DNA of 54,206 bases from a virus (lineage: Duplodnaviria > Caudoviricetes), in the IMG/VR virus record IMGVR_UViG_3300030104_006890, positions 1-54,206 of that record. One strand, given 5' to 3'. Below, piece after piece: positions 41,501 to 49,808 of the stretch. Position 1 is the first letter of the stretch. The number at the start of each line of letters is the position of its first letter. The translations under genes were made by a program, and so were the position numbers. The notes beneath the pieces are model-generated. The model had not been told where the DNA came from and did no database searches. It worked only from the letters and a program-made list of their open reading frames with translations.

Positions 41501-43503
41501 ATTAATTTGACAAAATTTGCGGTTTCTGGCATCTCAGCAGATGCACCAAAACTATTATATTGACCACTACCTAAAAAATATTCACCATACCCATTTGAGG
41601 CAGTAAAATCATTAGCCGGTAAGAATGATCTGAAACCATTTGATGTTGATGAACTATATTCTAGACGAAAATATTGAGGTCCTAAAGCTCTATCCTTACC
41701 TTTTCCACCAAACGAGGAACTAAAACGAGCTACTGAACTAAATGATAATGTATCACCTTGATTAAAAGAGGATGTTATTACTTGAACTATTTCGTAGGTA
41801 TTAGGAGAACTGTAATTATTAGCACCTGCTGGTACAAGCATATCAAGTGTAACATCACCACTAACTGCTTTTTCTTGGTCACTAAAACCACTTCTATCAG
41901 TCAAACTCGCACTAACATTACCACCTAAACTAAAAGACCAACTTGTAATAGATGTCACAATGTTTCTTCCAGCAGATATTGAATCATCCTCAAAGCTTTT
42001 GTTTTCTACATATTGTGTTCCCTCTCCGATTGTTAAAAATGAACCGGATTTAATAGTGACTCTTTCTGTACCGCCTGAATCTTTAATGTTCAAACCAGGA
42101 GTAATACTACTTAATTCAACAGTATTTTCTGTGTTCACTAATTTATTAGATTGTATTTCCCAACCACCAATTGTACCATCGTTAGCCGTTATAGAACCAC
42201 TAAGTGATAAAGTTCCTGCAGAAGGATCTAAATGAAATAATGATGAACTTATTTCAATATTACCACCACTACCACTTATGAATTGACTTGTTTCAGAACC
42301 AACAAAAAATGATTGAGCTCTTACATCGAATATACTTGGATTACTTCTAAATCTTAAAAAACTTTCACTATCAGCAACTAACTCTAAACCTACTCCCTCA
42401 TAGTTATCACCACTTGATGTTAACACAGAACCACTAAAGAACATTACACCTGCACTACCTATACCCAAACTAGCACTTTGAAAACCAGTATAATCTACTG
42501 TTTTTAGAAAGGCACTACTTTTACCAGATTGTTCAAATCCTTTCCCAACAGCATTGCCAGTAAACATAGAACCTTTGAGTAAATTATCCTCTTTTTCTAT
42601 AAAGGTCGGCGAACCTTCAAATGTAACAAAAGATGATGTGACTTCAATTACTTCACCTTGTCTATCTTCATCTAAGTGTTGTGCTAATTGTTTTGCTGGA
42701 TTTAAAAATCTTAATCTAAATTTTACTGGCGTATCTCGTCTAAACTGTTTTGGTGTTATTATCTTTGTGGTATTTGTTATTGGATTTAGACCAGATGTAG
42801 CAGTTTGGTCATCTGTTTCAAAAGAACCACTTGTAAGTGGATAACTTGTTATAACTTCAAAATCATCTGTTTTAGCTTTTTCTTCATTATATGCAAGTTC
42901 AACAGCTTCTATTTTTCCACCATTTGTTTCCAAATTAGATAAAGATACATTTATAAAACTTCTTCTAAATACAGAATCACCAGTGTCAAAATCTATGGTT
43001 TCGGATATACTTAAATTAGTTTGTATATCAATTGGTTTTTCTAATATTATTGGAGATGTATTTGGATAATCTTTTCGTATATCATATAGAAATGTGCTTC
43101 TTAAATTATATATGCCTTTCCAATCGTTTGGTATTTCCTTACCATCTAACTCACCCATCACATAAAAGTAAGCAGGTCCATCAGCAATTTCGTCAGCAGT
43201 TCTACGAGGATCTTTTTTTATCCAAACAAAACCATTTCCAGCACCACTTAATTCAGAAATGTCAATGAGGTTTGAAAAGATGACAACACCACGAGAATCA
43301 ACAAACTCAAAAATAATATTAGATAAATTTTTAAGTATAGGTTCTTTAATAGGATCATTAAAAGTTATAGAAAATGGGTGTTTTCCATAACTCAATATTT
43401 GTGGCAATCCTGTTATATTAAAATATTTATTATTATTAACCTCTGTTTCTAAGAATACATCTTTTTCTTTGAGGTCGAGTATTTGACTAATTAGTTCTGG
43501 CAT
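35503..43503 (-). CDS. Very long tail fibre/baseplate-anchored adhesin (2666 aa)
   Basis: Globular N-terminus, VGIG shaft repeats, nine SGSxTSTGSF motifs and a C-terminal peptidase G2-like chaperone (GDYIVTS..GHG). Confidence 0.8.
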   Translation of the reverse strand: MPELISQILDLKEKDVFLETEVNNNKYFNITGLPQILSYGKHPFSITFNDPIKEPILKNLSNIIFEFVDSRGVVIFSNLIDISELSGAGNGFVWIKKDPRRTADEIADGPAYFYVMGELDGKEIPNDWKGIYNLRSTFLYDIRKDYPNTSPIILEKPIDIQTNLSISETIDFDTGDSVFRRSFINVSLSNLETNGGKIEAVELAYNEEKAKTDDFEVITSYPLTSGSFETDDQTATSGLNPITNTTKIITPKQFRRDTPVKFRLRFLNPAKQLAQHLDEDRQGEVIEVTSSFVTFEGSPTFIEKEDNLLKGSMFTGNAVGKGFEQSGKSSAFLKTVDYTGFQSASLGIGSAGVMFFSGSVLTSSGDNYEGVGLELVADSESFLRFRSNPSIFDVRAQSFFVGSETSQFISGSGGNIEISSSLFHLDPSAGTLSLSGSITANDGTIGGWEIQSNKLVNTENTVELSSITPGLNIKDSGGTERVTIKSGSFLTIGEGTQYVENKSFEDDSISAGRNIVTSITSWSFSLGGNVSASLTDRSGFSDQEKAVSGDVTLDMLVPAGANNYSSPNTYEIVQVITSSFNQGDTLSFSSVARFSSSFGGKGKDRALGPQYFRLEYSSSTSNGFRSFLPANDFTASNGYGEYFLGSGQYNSFGASAEMPETANFVKLILTGSINDDTGYTIKKPLFAERKRNKDLGNKIFSKQIKGSTTAEFPETELTWDNFSLRSNTRKVELTEKGLLIYNSEDSFLKMDASGIEFRGGSGITTFGQSINRESFTNDSQVAGTLGAPALQPYLSDPEDIGITAFDGNVGEFAKGNHRHRITAGTIKSVVSGQDISVGNLVVTGSITAQQYTIKSTVTEITTSFSSGSTRFGDTVVDDTHEFTGSVNITGSFKVNGGGVATTPGSDTEVVFNDGGSLGSTSAFTFDKTTNHLSASLPSTASFGKILQNGETLASVGGADKNVLINTNGVISGSDGFVYDDSTNRVGIGVSSPAQPLHVFSSGNGGIEIDGSGGAPSLIYDIPGNEQGRIYFQEDDTLLGGIVYETTGTDFLSFRVGGSSANVERLRITGDNKISGSSTSTGSFGKLHIGESSTTATPFSNDIVINRTDKSTAGINILTSTSGVGRLNFGDSDNTARAYILYDHNNDILKLSAESGNRLTLNATVAEFETANYKISGSATSTGSFGRLAVGIDKPTFNKVAQFHGKADGFGYIQISDTNVGSGATDGLRIGYNSGVARIQNYENSGIQFFVNDSTEALTIDSSGNIIIAGQTNNIIHNNTSDASDNKSIRLDGGGGGGSSTRGAFVAVHGNEHGSDPGELVLQSGNVTGAAITFRGSGGVDMMEMTKEGTLNIGQSSGTGNVSGSSTSTGSFGRLAVSGLNIIDNNAFSIGLQSGVKRIDSAGGGTDVYRFIDASDNITGIRIASANVSDKLFLKTDGSVSGSAASTGSFGVVHTDGITDSSGNFGGSLLIPDALAFGTDTDSSIKRKGANEIEFRMGGQDVFRIKATVGVSVENGNLEVESGNVIASGNISGSSTSTGSFGQGHFDGRVGIGIQTPDIAATSLDHLVVGKPGTGVAMSGTSHVGIVIGTGTSHIGRISFLDSLSAFGGAIDYHHGAGSGGVDTLKFYTDNYTQRLCLEGNKISGSATSTGSFARGHFADRVGIGTTTPLSSTGFNSANLTIHGSDPSLVLSDSGQDNFQIVTHANAFKFMNDSDDRAFFIIEENAPSNALYLDNDGYLGLGTSAPTVALDVSGSSNLSSRIRLSKHLSGTSKILQLGADRDTTSVPFIGAESNHAFDIITNNTQRVRIDTSGNVGIGTSSPKTHLDIQSFQADGITIGADNDTNRTRTNSTVKSGGITGVHYTNAEESIRIIGYSSTSDANNILIGGGNGDWNAATKIDFYTAANFNTTTGTKTLTIAPNKISGSSTSTGSFGRLEVGASRFREDIITERILQGNGTEALPSHTFENDSDTGMFRESTNELSFSTGGTRALKIDASRNAVFTEEIFVNGTGTSEFKGNVSGSSTSTGSFGSVFVGTGAVTMGTNAILTNDSLGIGTTSPAKRVHIQQGNSNALHEAITIRTNSSGEGLMLGINADNSGFIYSSAAASKGLRLSGVSSARDTGHLFISSSGDIGIGTASPDTLLHLKSTSASKPILTIENEQGGSNPTALRFKRVTSSPADADNIGQIEFRINNDNDEDILYSHIQAIATDVSDSTEDGKLDFFTMKAGTSTRTLTMESGQVSVTDHFSIAATKAIFLDGGSNTFIRESSSDNIEFATNNTVRLDINNTAATFKQPNYKISGSATSTGSFGVVHAADKVRIGLTNDDSPHLLEMKAGATGGDFILGRQSDNGQAFRVGLDSGDDAFLELGSAGTSNVVVLRADGISHFNGGNVLVGNASSMNSGGNTPKLQVSDNDNDASIGVYNYGNNAAHFASLRLAHSKNGTIGSHTVLADNDKIGTIEFNGSDGSNFDTIGARIIAEVDGTPASNRMPSALTFSTAAGGSDDDITERMRIDSSGHLTPSNDDTSNLGASNKRWSDVFAVQTTTGGVFETGLRTEKIGDNPTGTIVSWNEDGLVPCDKNEDELVMGVIKQGKDEPIVLGAEPVLVTGKVNVGDYIVTSNKIGHGKSVKRGYLLKKDLFGKVIAQALEPSDDSDSCLIKCMIRKM

Positions 43504-43509
43504 ATCATT

Positions 43510-43517
43510 AATAAATA
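43510..43517 (-). promoter_or_regulatory. Putative late promoter variant TATTTATT
   Basis: 6 nt upstream of the 2666 aa gene ATG; no SD sequence in between. Confidence 0.45.
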
Positions 43518-43540
43518 TTTGACAAATAATTTATGAACTA

Positions 43541-43548
43541 TATTTATA
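43541..43548 (+). promoter_or_regulatory. Putative promoter TATTTATA for the plus-strand regulator
   Basis: Same motif in the opposite orientation, upstream of the GGAG RBS (43561) and ATG (43574). Confidence 0.55.
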
Positions 43549-43573
43549 TGTATAAAGTATGGAGATTATCGGT

Positions 43574-43735
43574 ATGAAAAAGAAATATTCTTTTACGATA
43601 GATGAGACACTTATGGAGTGGTTTAGACTGTATGTTAGAGATGAAAGCACGACTATGAGCGCTGTGCTAAATCAACATATACTTAGTTTAAGGCGTGGTG
43701 AATCTAAACCACGAAATGTATTAAGAAGTCGTTAG
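43574..43735 (+). CDS. Ribbon-helix-helix (CopG/Arc-like) DNA-binding protein, 53 aa
   Basis: MKKKYSFTIDETLMEWFRLYVRDESTTMSAVLNQHILSLRRGESKPRNVLRSR has a beta-strand (KYSFTID) followed by two helices; GGAG RBS; below the ORF-track cutoff. Confidence 0.75.
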   Translation: MKKKYSFTIDETLMEWFRLYVRDESTTMSAVLNQHILSLRRGESKPRNVLRSR

Positions 43736-46700
43736 TTATAAACTACTTTAGAAAATCCATCATTACCTACATTAACAGGTAGTAGGTAATCCATAAAGTC
43801 TTTGATTGTATCCAAATGAGATATGATAAAGACCGAATCAAACCTTGTTTTTAGATACTCAAAAGCACCTTTCATGTTTGATAGATTGTCCGTATCGAGT
43901 GTTCCAAATCCCTCGTCTATAACGAGAAAGTTAGGACTTGGAAGATTGGAGACATTGATTAGACCTACTCGAAGTGCGAGTGAGGAAACGAACTTTTCCA
44001 TGCCGGATGAGAGACTTAACGGCCATTCTTGGTCGTCATATCGTATATATAGATTTATATTTTTATCTTCATTTGTAATACCTAACTGAAAACCAGCCAT
44101 CATATGGTCTAATACTGCATTGACTTCGTTTTCAATTATAGGTAAAGCATCATTAATGATTAACTGAGGGATACCATCACGACTTACCAATCGAAGATAG
44201 ACTTCGTAGTCGGCAACCTTTTGTTCTGCTTCCACAAGGTCTTTGATTTCTTCCCCAAGATTTTTTTGATTAGTTTCTTCTATTAGAATAGTTGAATCTA
44301 CTTTCTTTAACTCCTTATCAAGTTCTTCTAATATATCACTACCAATTTTAACTTGAGTTTGATACTTATCTACCTTTTGCATTATGTTACGATTGTAAGC
44401 AATTGCTGAGGCATTGTCTAAAAATAGTTGTTCGTCTTTTTGAATCTTTTCTAAATTAGATTGTGTCTGTTCTACTGAAAGTTCTAGCTCTTTTATTTTA
44501 GCATGTGTTTTGTAGGCATCACCTTCAACTCGTTTTAAATCTTCCATCAACTCTTCATACTTTGCTTTATCTTGTTCTACATCACCAAAACTTTCAATGT
44601 CTTTTTCACGATGAGATTTATCATTTAATATTTTGTCTAAATCTAATTTACAATCTTTTATTTCACTTGTCAATGATTTTATTTTTTCTATATGCCATTG
44701 ACTATTTTTAACACAGTATTCACAATCCTCATCAAACTCATGTTCTTTTACTTCTTCTAAAGATACTTCTAAATGTTTTATTTGGTTTTCTTTTACGGTA
44801 ACATCAGACTTTATTTTACTTAAGTCTTCTTTACACTCTTGAAACTTTTTATAATTATGGTCTAAAGTTTCTTCATCATATTCTTTTAGCTTACTATAGA
44901 TGGTATTATAAAGAGGTCGAATATTATCTTTATATTCTTCTTCAACTTTTAAATTTTCTTTTTGTGACTCCAACTCACTTTCTTTTTCAGTTATTAATTC
45001 ATCAAAGTTAAGTTCCTTAATATCATCCACATCTTTTAGTTTTGTTTTTAGTTCTTCTACCTGTGACTTGAAATCCTCTAAGTCCTTTTCTACTGGCTTT
45101 ATCTTTTCTTCTACCTCTACTTTTGACTCTTTTAAGTCTTTCAGTTTTTGTTCTATTCTACCCATAGACTCAAAAACATTTTTTTCTTTAATTCTTTTGA
45201 GATACGATTTTTCATCTGCGACATCCTCACGAGCAATATCGTATAGTTTATCAAAAAGGTCGATACCCATAAACTGAGATAAGATTTGTTTTCTTTCACT
45301 TTGTTTTTTATCTACAAAGTTTTGTCCATTGTTTTGTAAAGATAGTGATGTCAGAATGAAATCATCAAATGTTCCCAATATTTTTCTTATCTCTTCATTT
45401 GTACCCGTTCCATATTGTGAATTACTACGAGCAGCTCCACTAAGGTCAATCAACTCACCATTCTCTTCCACATAAAACTTTACAGCAACAGGACATAATC
45501 TTTTCACTTCGCCTGTTTTTCTCACTCGTCTTTCTTTTAGTAAACCAGTTCTATGTATAATGTAATCTACACCATTTACCTCTAGAGAAAGTTTTACCTC
45601 AAAGTTTTTCGATTTGTTATTCAGAACTTCTATGGCTTTAAATGTTCTACTACAAGTATCAAATATTGTATAAGCAATAATATCTATGAGTGCTGACTTA
45701 CCACTATGATTGGGTGCAACAACACCTACAACTCCATTTAATTTTGTAAAATCAATCTTGTTTTTTTTACCATAACTAAACATATTATCGAACTCAATAT
45801 ACTTGAGTTTCCAATCTACATTTCTAGGTAAGTCATCTTTCATGCCAATCGAAGAATTAGTAAATTCATTTATATCAAATAATCTTTGCAAAGTCTTGTC
45901 GTCTATTGCTGGGTTTTCTAATCTAGCAACTTTCTCTATCAATTCGTTTTGAACTTTTAAATCGTGTATGTCTTCAATGGATATTTTTGTTTTGGATTCA
46001 TTTAATTTATTTTCAATTGAATCCATCTTTTCAAATGATATAGATTTAATTTCAGTATATTTTTTTCTTAAATCTAACTCAATTAAACGAAGTTTTTCAA
46101 CGGGTGTGTTACGATGTTTTACTTTTAGATTACCAAATCTTGGAACAAAATTCATTTTACTTTTAATGTCACCATCTTCTACACGAATAGTTTTATATCC
46201 GTAATCATTTTCTATTTGAATGAACTCTGACTTTCTATTTTTAACATCCCAAAGTAAAAATCCATGTTCTGGTGCTTCAGCAAAATTCTGTTGAATTAAT
46301 GAACCAGGATAAGCAATTCTTTTATTATCATCTATGAACTGTCGTTTGTGAATGTCACCCAACAACACCATATCGTATCCATTGAAATTATTTACATTTA
46401 CATTATCATCACTCATCCATAAACCAGTGTCTACTTCAAACCTACCAACTCCACCATGAAATACAGCAATCTTATCTTTTCCTTTTATGTCTTCAGCCAA
46501 AGGTAAGTTCTTAACATTAGGTTTACCATCTTTTGTAATATCAAATACAGATAAGAAACCAAACTTACAACCACCTAAATCATATACCCCACTTTTTTTC
46601 CAATAATGTATTCTTGGATTTATCTGTTGGACTAAATCTACGATTGGTGATAATACATCTTCCCTTGACGCATTATTTAAATTACAATCATGATTACCTG

Positions 46701-46944
46701 GTATAATTAATAAATCAGATATATCAGCAAGATTTAAAAAGAAATCAGCAACCAATCTAATCTCTTCCGGCGATGTATCTAGTTTCCCATGAACAATATC
46801 CCCACCTATGTAAATTAAATCAGGTTTTAGTTTCTCTAATTTTTTATATAGTCGATTAAACACATCTCTGTATTCTACGAAACGATGTAGCTTTCTAATG
46901 TGAATATCTGCCAGATGAGCAATTGTTTTTATTTTTTTATCCAT
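43732..46944 (-). CDS. Fused Mre11/SbcD nuclease and Rad50/SbcC ATPase (T4 gp47+gp46-like)
   Basis: Phosphoesterase motifs ADIH, GGD, GNHD and GDIH; Walker A APNHSGKS, coiled coil, CEYC hook, LSSGME signature and IDEGFG. Start moved to 46944. Confidence 0.92.
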   Translation of the reverse strand: MDKKIKTIAHLADIHIRKLHRFVEYRDVFNRLYKKLEKLKPDLIYIGGDIVHGKLDTSPEEIRLVADFFLNLADISDLLIIPGNHDCNLNNASREDVLSPIVDLVQQINPRIHYWKKSGVYDLGGCKFGFLSVFDITKDGKPNVKNLPLAEDIKGKDKIAVFHGGVGRFEVDTGLWMSDDNVNVNNFNGYDMVLLGDIHKRQFIDDNKRIAYPGSLIQQNFAEAPEHGFLLWDVKNRKSEFIQIENDYGYKTIRVEDGDIKSKMNFVPRFGNLKVKHRNTPVEKLRLIELDLRKKYTEIKSISFEKMDSIENKLNESKTKISIEDIHDLKVQNELIEKVARLENPAIDDKTLQRLFDINEFTNSSIGMKDDLPRNVDWKLKYIEFDNMFSYGKKNKIDFTKLNGVVGVVAPNHSGKSALIDIIAYTIFDTCSRTFKAIEVLNNKSKNFEVKLSLEVNGVDYIIHRTGLLKERRVRKTGEVKRLCPVAVKFYVEENGELIDLSGAARSNSQYGTGTNEEIRKILGTFDDFILTSLSLQNNGQNFVDKKQSERKQILSQFMGIDLFDKLYDIAREDVADEKSYLKRIKEKNVFESMGRIEQKLKDLKESKVEVEEKIKPVEKDLEDFKSQVEELKTKLKDVDDIKELNFDELITEKESELESQKENLKVEEEYKDNIRPLYNTIYSKLKEYDEETLDHNYKKFQECKEDLSKIKSDVTVKENQIKHLEVSLEEVKEHEFDEDCEYCVKNSQWHIEKIKSLTSEIKDCKLDLDKILNDKSHREKDIESFGDVEQDKAKYEELMEDLKRVEGDAYKTHAKIKELELSVEQTQSNLEKIQKDEQLFLDNASAIAYNRNIMQKVDKYQTQVKIGSDILEELDKELKKVDSTILIEETNQKNLGEEIKDLVEAEQKVADYEVYLRLVSRDGIPQLIINDALPIIENEVNAVLDHMMAGFQLGITNEDKNINLYIRYDDQEWPLSLSSGMEKFVSSLALRVGLINVSNLPSPNFLVIDEGFGTLDTDNLSNMKGAFEYLKTRFDSVFIISHLDTIKDFMDYLLPVNVGNDGFSKVVYN

Positions 46945-47851
46945 ATAATCTTGCCTGTATTGAGTCACTAAAACTAGCTGACTCGGTTGAATGTATTAAT
47001 GTGGTTATCTTTTCCCAACCCAAATCATTCGGGTCTTTGTCTGTTGGTAACTTAACTACCTTACAATCTATACCAAAGTCTCTGAAAAACTCGGACATAT
47101 CGTAAGCATCTTTTTTAGCGTCATCGTCAAGAGCAATGTAAATGGTCTTGACATTTTTCTCAAATATTTTTCTTAATAAACTTTTTGATGGTTTCTTACT
47201 TAACATCGGTATAGCATTTGACCTAATCGACATAGCATCAAACACACCCTCACATAACACGATTGGTTTTGACCAAGCAACATACCAATCAAATGGGACG
47301 ATATCTCGTGATACATTTGGGTTTTTATATTTCATCTTTTCACCAACGAAAGAACGACCAACAAAGTAATTAAGTAATCCTTTATCATCATAACTTGGTA
47401 TTATTATTCTACCCTCATATAAACCAGAATCACAAAAACCTATCTTATATTTTTTTATATCAACATCGGTGATACCTCTTTTATGTAGAAACGATTTTGC
47501 TTGATTACGATACAAAGATTTGTTCATTACCCAAAGTGGTAAAAACTCTCTTGGTAAAGATACGATGATTTTAGATTCGGTTTTATCTTCTGACTTGGAT
47601 GGTATAAATACCAAATCCTTAAGTTCAGTAAAGTATCGACTATCAGCATTTATCTTTTTAAATAGTGAGTAAATAGAATGTCCACCTTGATTACTAACCC
47701 AACAATGCCACTTCTGTGATACAATGTTGATTTGTAACTTAGGTTTGTAATGACTAACGAAAGGCGAGTAAAACATATACTCATCTTGTTTTGTTAGTTT
47801 CTTACTTCTACTATTTAATGTTCGTTCTAATAAGTAAACTAATTTATTCAT
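46937..47851 (-). CDS. DNA primase (DnaG-type TOPRIM)
   Basis: RIIIP, KYKNP, LCEGVFDA and IALDDDA motifs. Start moved to 47851. Confidence 0.9.
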   Translation of the reverse strand: MNKLVYLLERTLNSRSKKLTKQDEYMFYSPFVSHYKPKLQINIVSQKWHCWVSNQGGHSIYSLFKKINADSRYFTELKDLVFIPSKSEDKTESKIIVSLPREFLPLWVMNKSLYRNQAKSFLHKRGITDVDIKKYKIGFCDSGLYEGRIIIPSYDDKGLLNYFVGRSFVGEKMKYKNPNVSRDIVPFDWYVAWSKPIVLCEGVFDAMSIRSNAIPMLSKKPSKSLLRKIFEKNVKTIYIALDDDAKKDAYDMSEFFRDFGIDCKVVKLPTDKDPNDLGWEKITTLIHSTESASFSDSIQARLYG

Positions 47852-48347
47852 ATAAGGCACACACTAGAGCATCGTAAGCATCCATATTGCGTTTATCCCA
47901 TAATCCTGTCTTAGTTAATTTAACATATTCTTTTAAATTATACAAGCAATTTATTTCTTTTTTTACAAAATCTTTTGCTGATACACCCTTTACTCTGGCT
48001 TTTCCAAAAAGGTGTTTTCTTGCTGTCATGGGATTTACACCATCTATTATTTCACCATAGGCAAATTCTAAACAGTAAGTCAATACAGCATTAAACTTTG
48101 CTAACTTTATTATTGTTTGTTGTGATGTTCTACCACGCATAAAACCAGAAAGACTGTCCTCTATGTTGATTTTATCAATATGTTCAAACGGATCTATATC
48201 TGTAATAATATCCATTGTTAATTGAACTTTATCTCTGATAGACTTTTCTTTTTCAATGGGTATAAAACCCATGTCTATAACCTCTGAGCCGTCAACAAAT
48301 GCATATCCTACTGTAGTTGTTGAGGCATCCAAACCTAATTTTTTCAC
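47844..48347 (-). CDS. RuvC-like Holliday junction resolvase
   Basis: LGLDASTTTVG, IED and DAYDA acidic catalytic pattern. Confidence 0.8.
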   Translation of the reverse strand: MKKLGLDASTTTVGYAFVDGSEVIDMGFIPIEKEKSIRDKVQLTMDIITDIDPFEHIDKINIEDSLSGFMRGRTSQQTIIKLAKFNAVLTYCLEFAYGEIIDGVNPMTARKHLFGKARVKGVSAKDFVKKEINCLYNLKEYVKLTKTGLWDKRNMDAYDALVCALYE

Positions 48348-48907
48348 TTATAAATATTTTTCCTATTAATCTTCAAATAGTCTTTTGCCATTTTACGGCC
48401 AAATCTCTCTGCTTTCTTTTCAAAGTAATTATCATCATGAGCATCCCCACCTTTCGCAACTGCCTTATTCATCTCCATCTCATATCTATCTTTATACTTT
48501 TTCTTTCCGAACTTTTGAGCATCTTTAGCATGGTCTATTTCATGAAAAACTGTAACTAAAAAATCTTTGAAATCTGATGTTGGTTCTATGTAGATAGTAT
48601 CTGAATCTACATTATAATCTGCTTTAGTTCCTTTTCTTTTAGCAAACACTACCTTTGATTTTAGTCCAGCTTTCTTGACTATTTGTGTAGCCGTATCATA
48701 AAAATCTACTCTTTCTTTTATTTCGTTTTTTGGTGATATTCTAAAATTCACAACCTTTTTTCCATTTATTGTTGGCATACCATGTTCATCTTTTCCTATG
48801 GATTTAACAACAACTTTTTTGTTTTTGAATCTACCAGCTAATATAACATCGCCAACCTTAACATCCAAGACAATTTTTTCAGTAATTAAATTTAGTAACT
48901 TTATCAT
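48344..48907 (-). CDS. Putative zinc metallopeptidase (HExxH) with MIKLLNLITE leader
   Basis: VFHEIDH followed by a distal FEKKAE; two modules separated by EIKE. Confidence 0.7.
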   Translation of the reverse strand: MIKLLNLITEKIVLDVKVGDVILAGRFKNKKVVVKSIGKDEHGMPTINGKKVVNFRISPKNEIKERVDFYDTATQIVKKAGLKSKVVFAKRKGTKADYNVDSDTIYIEPTSDFKDFLVTVFHEIDHAKDAQKFGKKKYKDRYEMEMNKAVAKGGDAHDDNYFEKKAERFGRKMAKDYLKINRKNIYK

Positions 48908-49353
48908 TTTCTTGTATTTGCAATTACGAATACACCAGTAAAAGTTGCTATGTAACTTATACTATATACAAAATCTCCTTTGGTCAATTCAAAAATTACT
49001 GGCAATTTTTCTTTTATTTTATACCCTCTAAACTTTTTCAAATCTTTTTTAAAATCATCTAATGAATACTTGTAAGATTTTGAACCTGGATTTACCCCCT
49101 CATCAAATTGATAATCAATTTCCATACCAGTTATCTTTTCTCTTTTAATTGGTTTATCAAATCCGGCTGGCTCAGATACCTGAACATTTAAAGTTTGGGT
49201 TTTTTTCTTCAATTTACCATATCCAAATTCTTTAGACTTCTTTTTGAATACCCTATCAAAGTCCTTTAAAAATGGTTTAGAAGCACCATCTTTAGATAAT
49301 CTCAATACTCGTTCATCTACTGTCTCTGTTATTAAGTCTCTTAACTTAATCAT
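48904..49353 (-). CDS. Hypothetical protein with MIKLRDLITE leader
   Basis: Start moved to 49353 to match the leader family and to avoid overlapping the upstream small gene. Confidence 0.75.
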   Translation of the reverse strand: MIKLRDLITETVDERVLRLSKDGASKPFLKDFDRVFKKKSKEFGYGKLKKKTQTLNVQVSEPAGFDKPIKREKITGMEIDYQFDEGVNPGSKSYKYSLDDFKKDLKKFRGYKIKEKLPVIFELTKGDFVYSISYIATFTGVFVIANTRK

Positions 49354-49489
49354 TTGATAATTCCTTACTGGCATAATCAGAAAACAAGTCAGGTATAAAT
49401 GCATGTATCAATAAAGCTAATGATAATTTCATAGCTCTACACCAATGTTTTAAATACCCCACTTGTTGTTCTTTCAGATGTTTTATCAT
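49346..49489 (-). CDS. Small hypothetical protein, 47 aa
   Basis: MIKHLKEQQVGYLKHWCRAMKLSLALLIHAFIPDLFSDYASKELSND fills the gap, overlapping the genes on both sides. Confidence 0.7.
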   Translation of the reverse strand: MIKHLKEQQVGYLKHWCRAMKLSLALLIHAFIPDLFSDYASKELSND

Positions 49490-49806
49490 ACTGCTCGATA
49501 TCGTTTACCTTTAATAATTACTTCTTTGACTTTTTTCTTATCAGCATTCTTTTTTCTTTTTGGACTTTCTTCATCATCTTTAGCTGCTGGATGACCATGA
49601 GCTTCCACCTTCAATGGTTTTAAATGAGATACATCCACATTCTCATAAACTTCATTTCCAAATTTTATGTGAACTCGCTCTACTTTACCATCCTCTGTTA
49701 AAGAGTGCCAAATTACTTTACCAACACCTTTACTTTCATACTTTGGGGACCCCCAAGTTGCGTGGTGAAATCATTGATGTTGAACTGATTTATTATATTT
49801 ATCCAT
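49486..49806 (-). CDS. Putative selenoprotein, 106 aa, with in-frame UGA (Sec) at codon 12
   Basis: GAGGT RBS and ATG 2 nt after the upstream stop. Reads MDKYNKSVQHQ-UGA(49773-49771)-FHHATWGSPKYESKGVGKVIWHSLTEDGKVERVHIKFGNEVYENVDVSHLKPLKVEAHGHP...RYRAV and ends TGA TAA. A SECIS-like hairpin follows the UGA. Confidence 0.7.
49734..49770 (-). promoter_or_regulatory. Putative bacterial-type SECIS element
   Basis: After the UGA: UUUCA CCACGCA ACUUGGG-GGUC-CCCAAAGU A UGAAA. Apical loop GGUC at +20 to +23; basal UUUCA/UGAAA pairing. Confidence 0.65.
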
Positions 49807-49808
49807 AA

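Noticed and set aside
11547-43503. Diversity-generating retroelement or invertase shufflon acting on the fibres
   Set aside because: No reverse transcriptase or site-specific recombinase is in the window, no non-coding template repeat was seen, and all cassettes are co-oriented.
49614-49808. Plus-strand 64 aa ORF as the real gene in the gap
   Set aside because: It has no evident RBS and runs opposite to the operon, whereas the minus-strand read-through frame fits both neighbours exactly.
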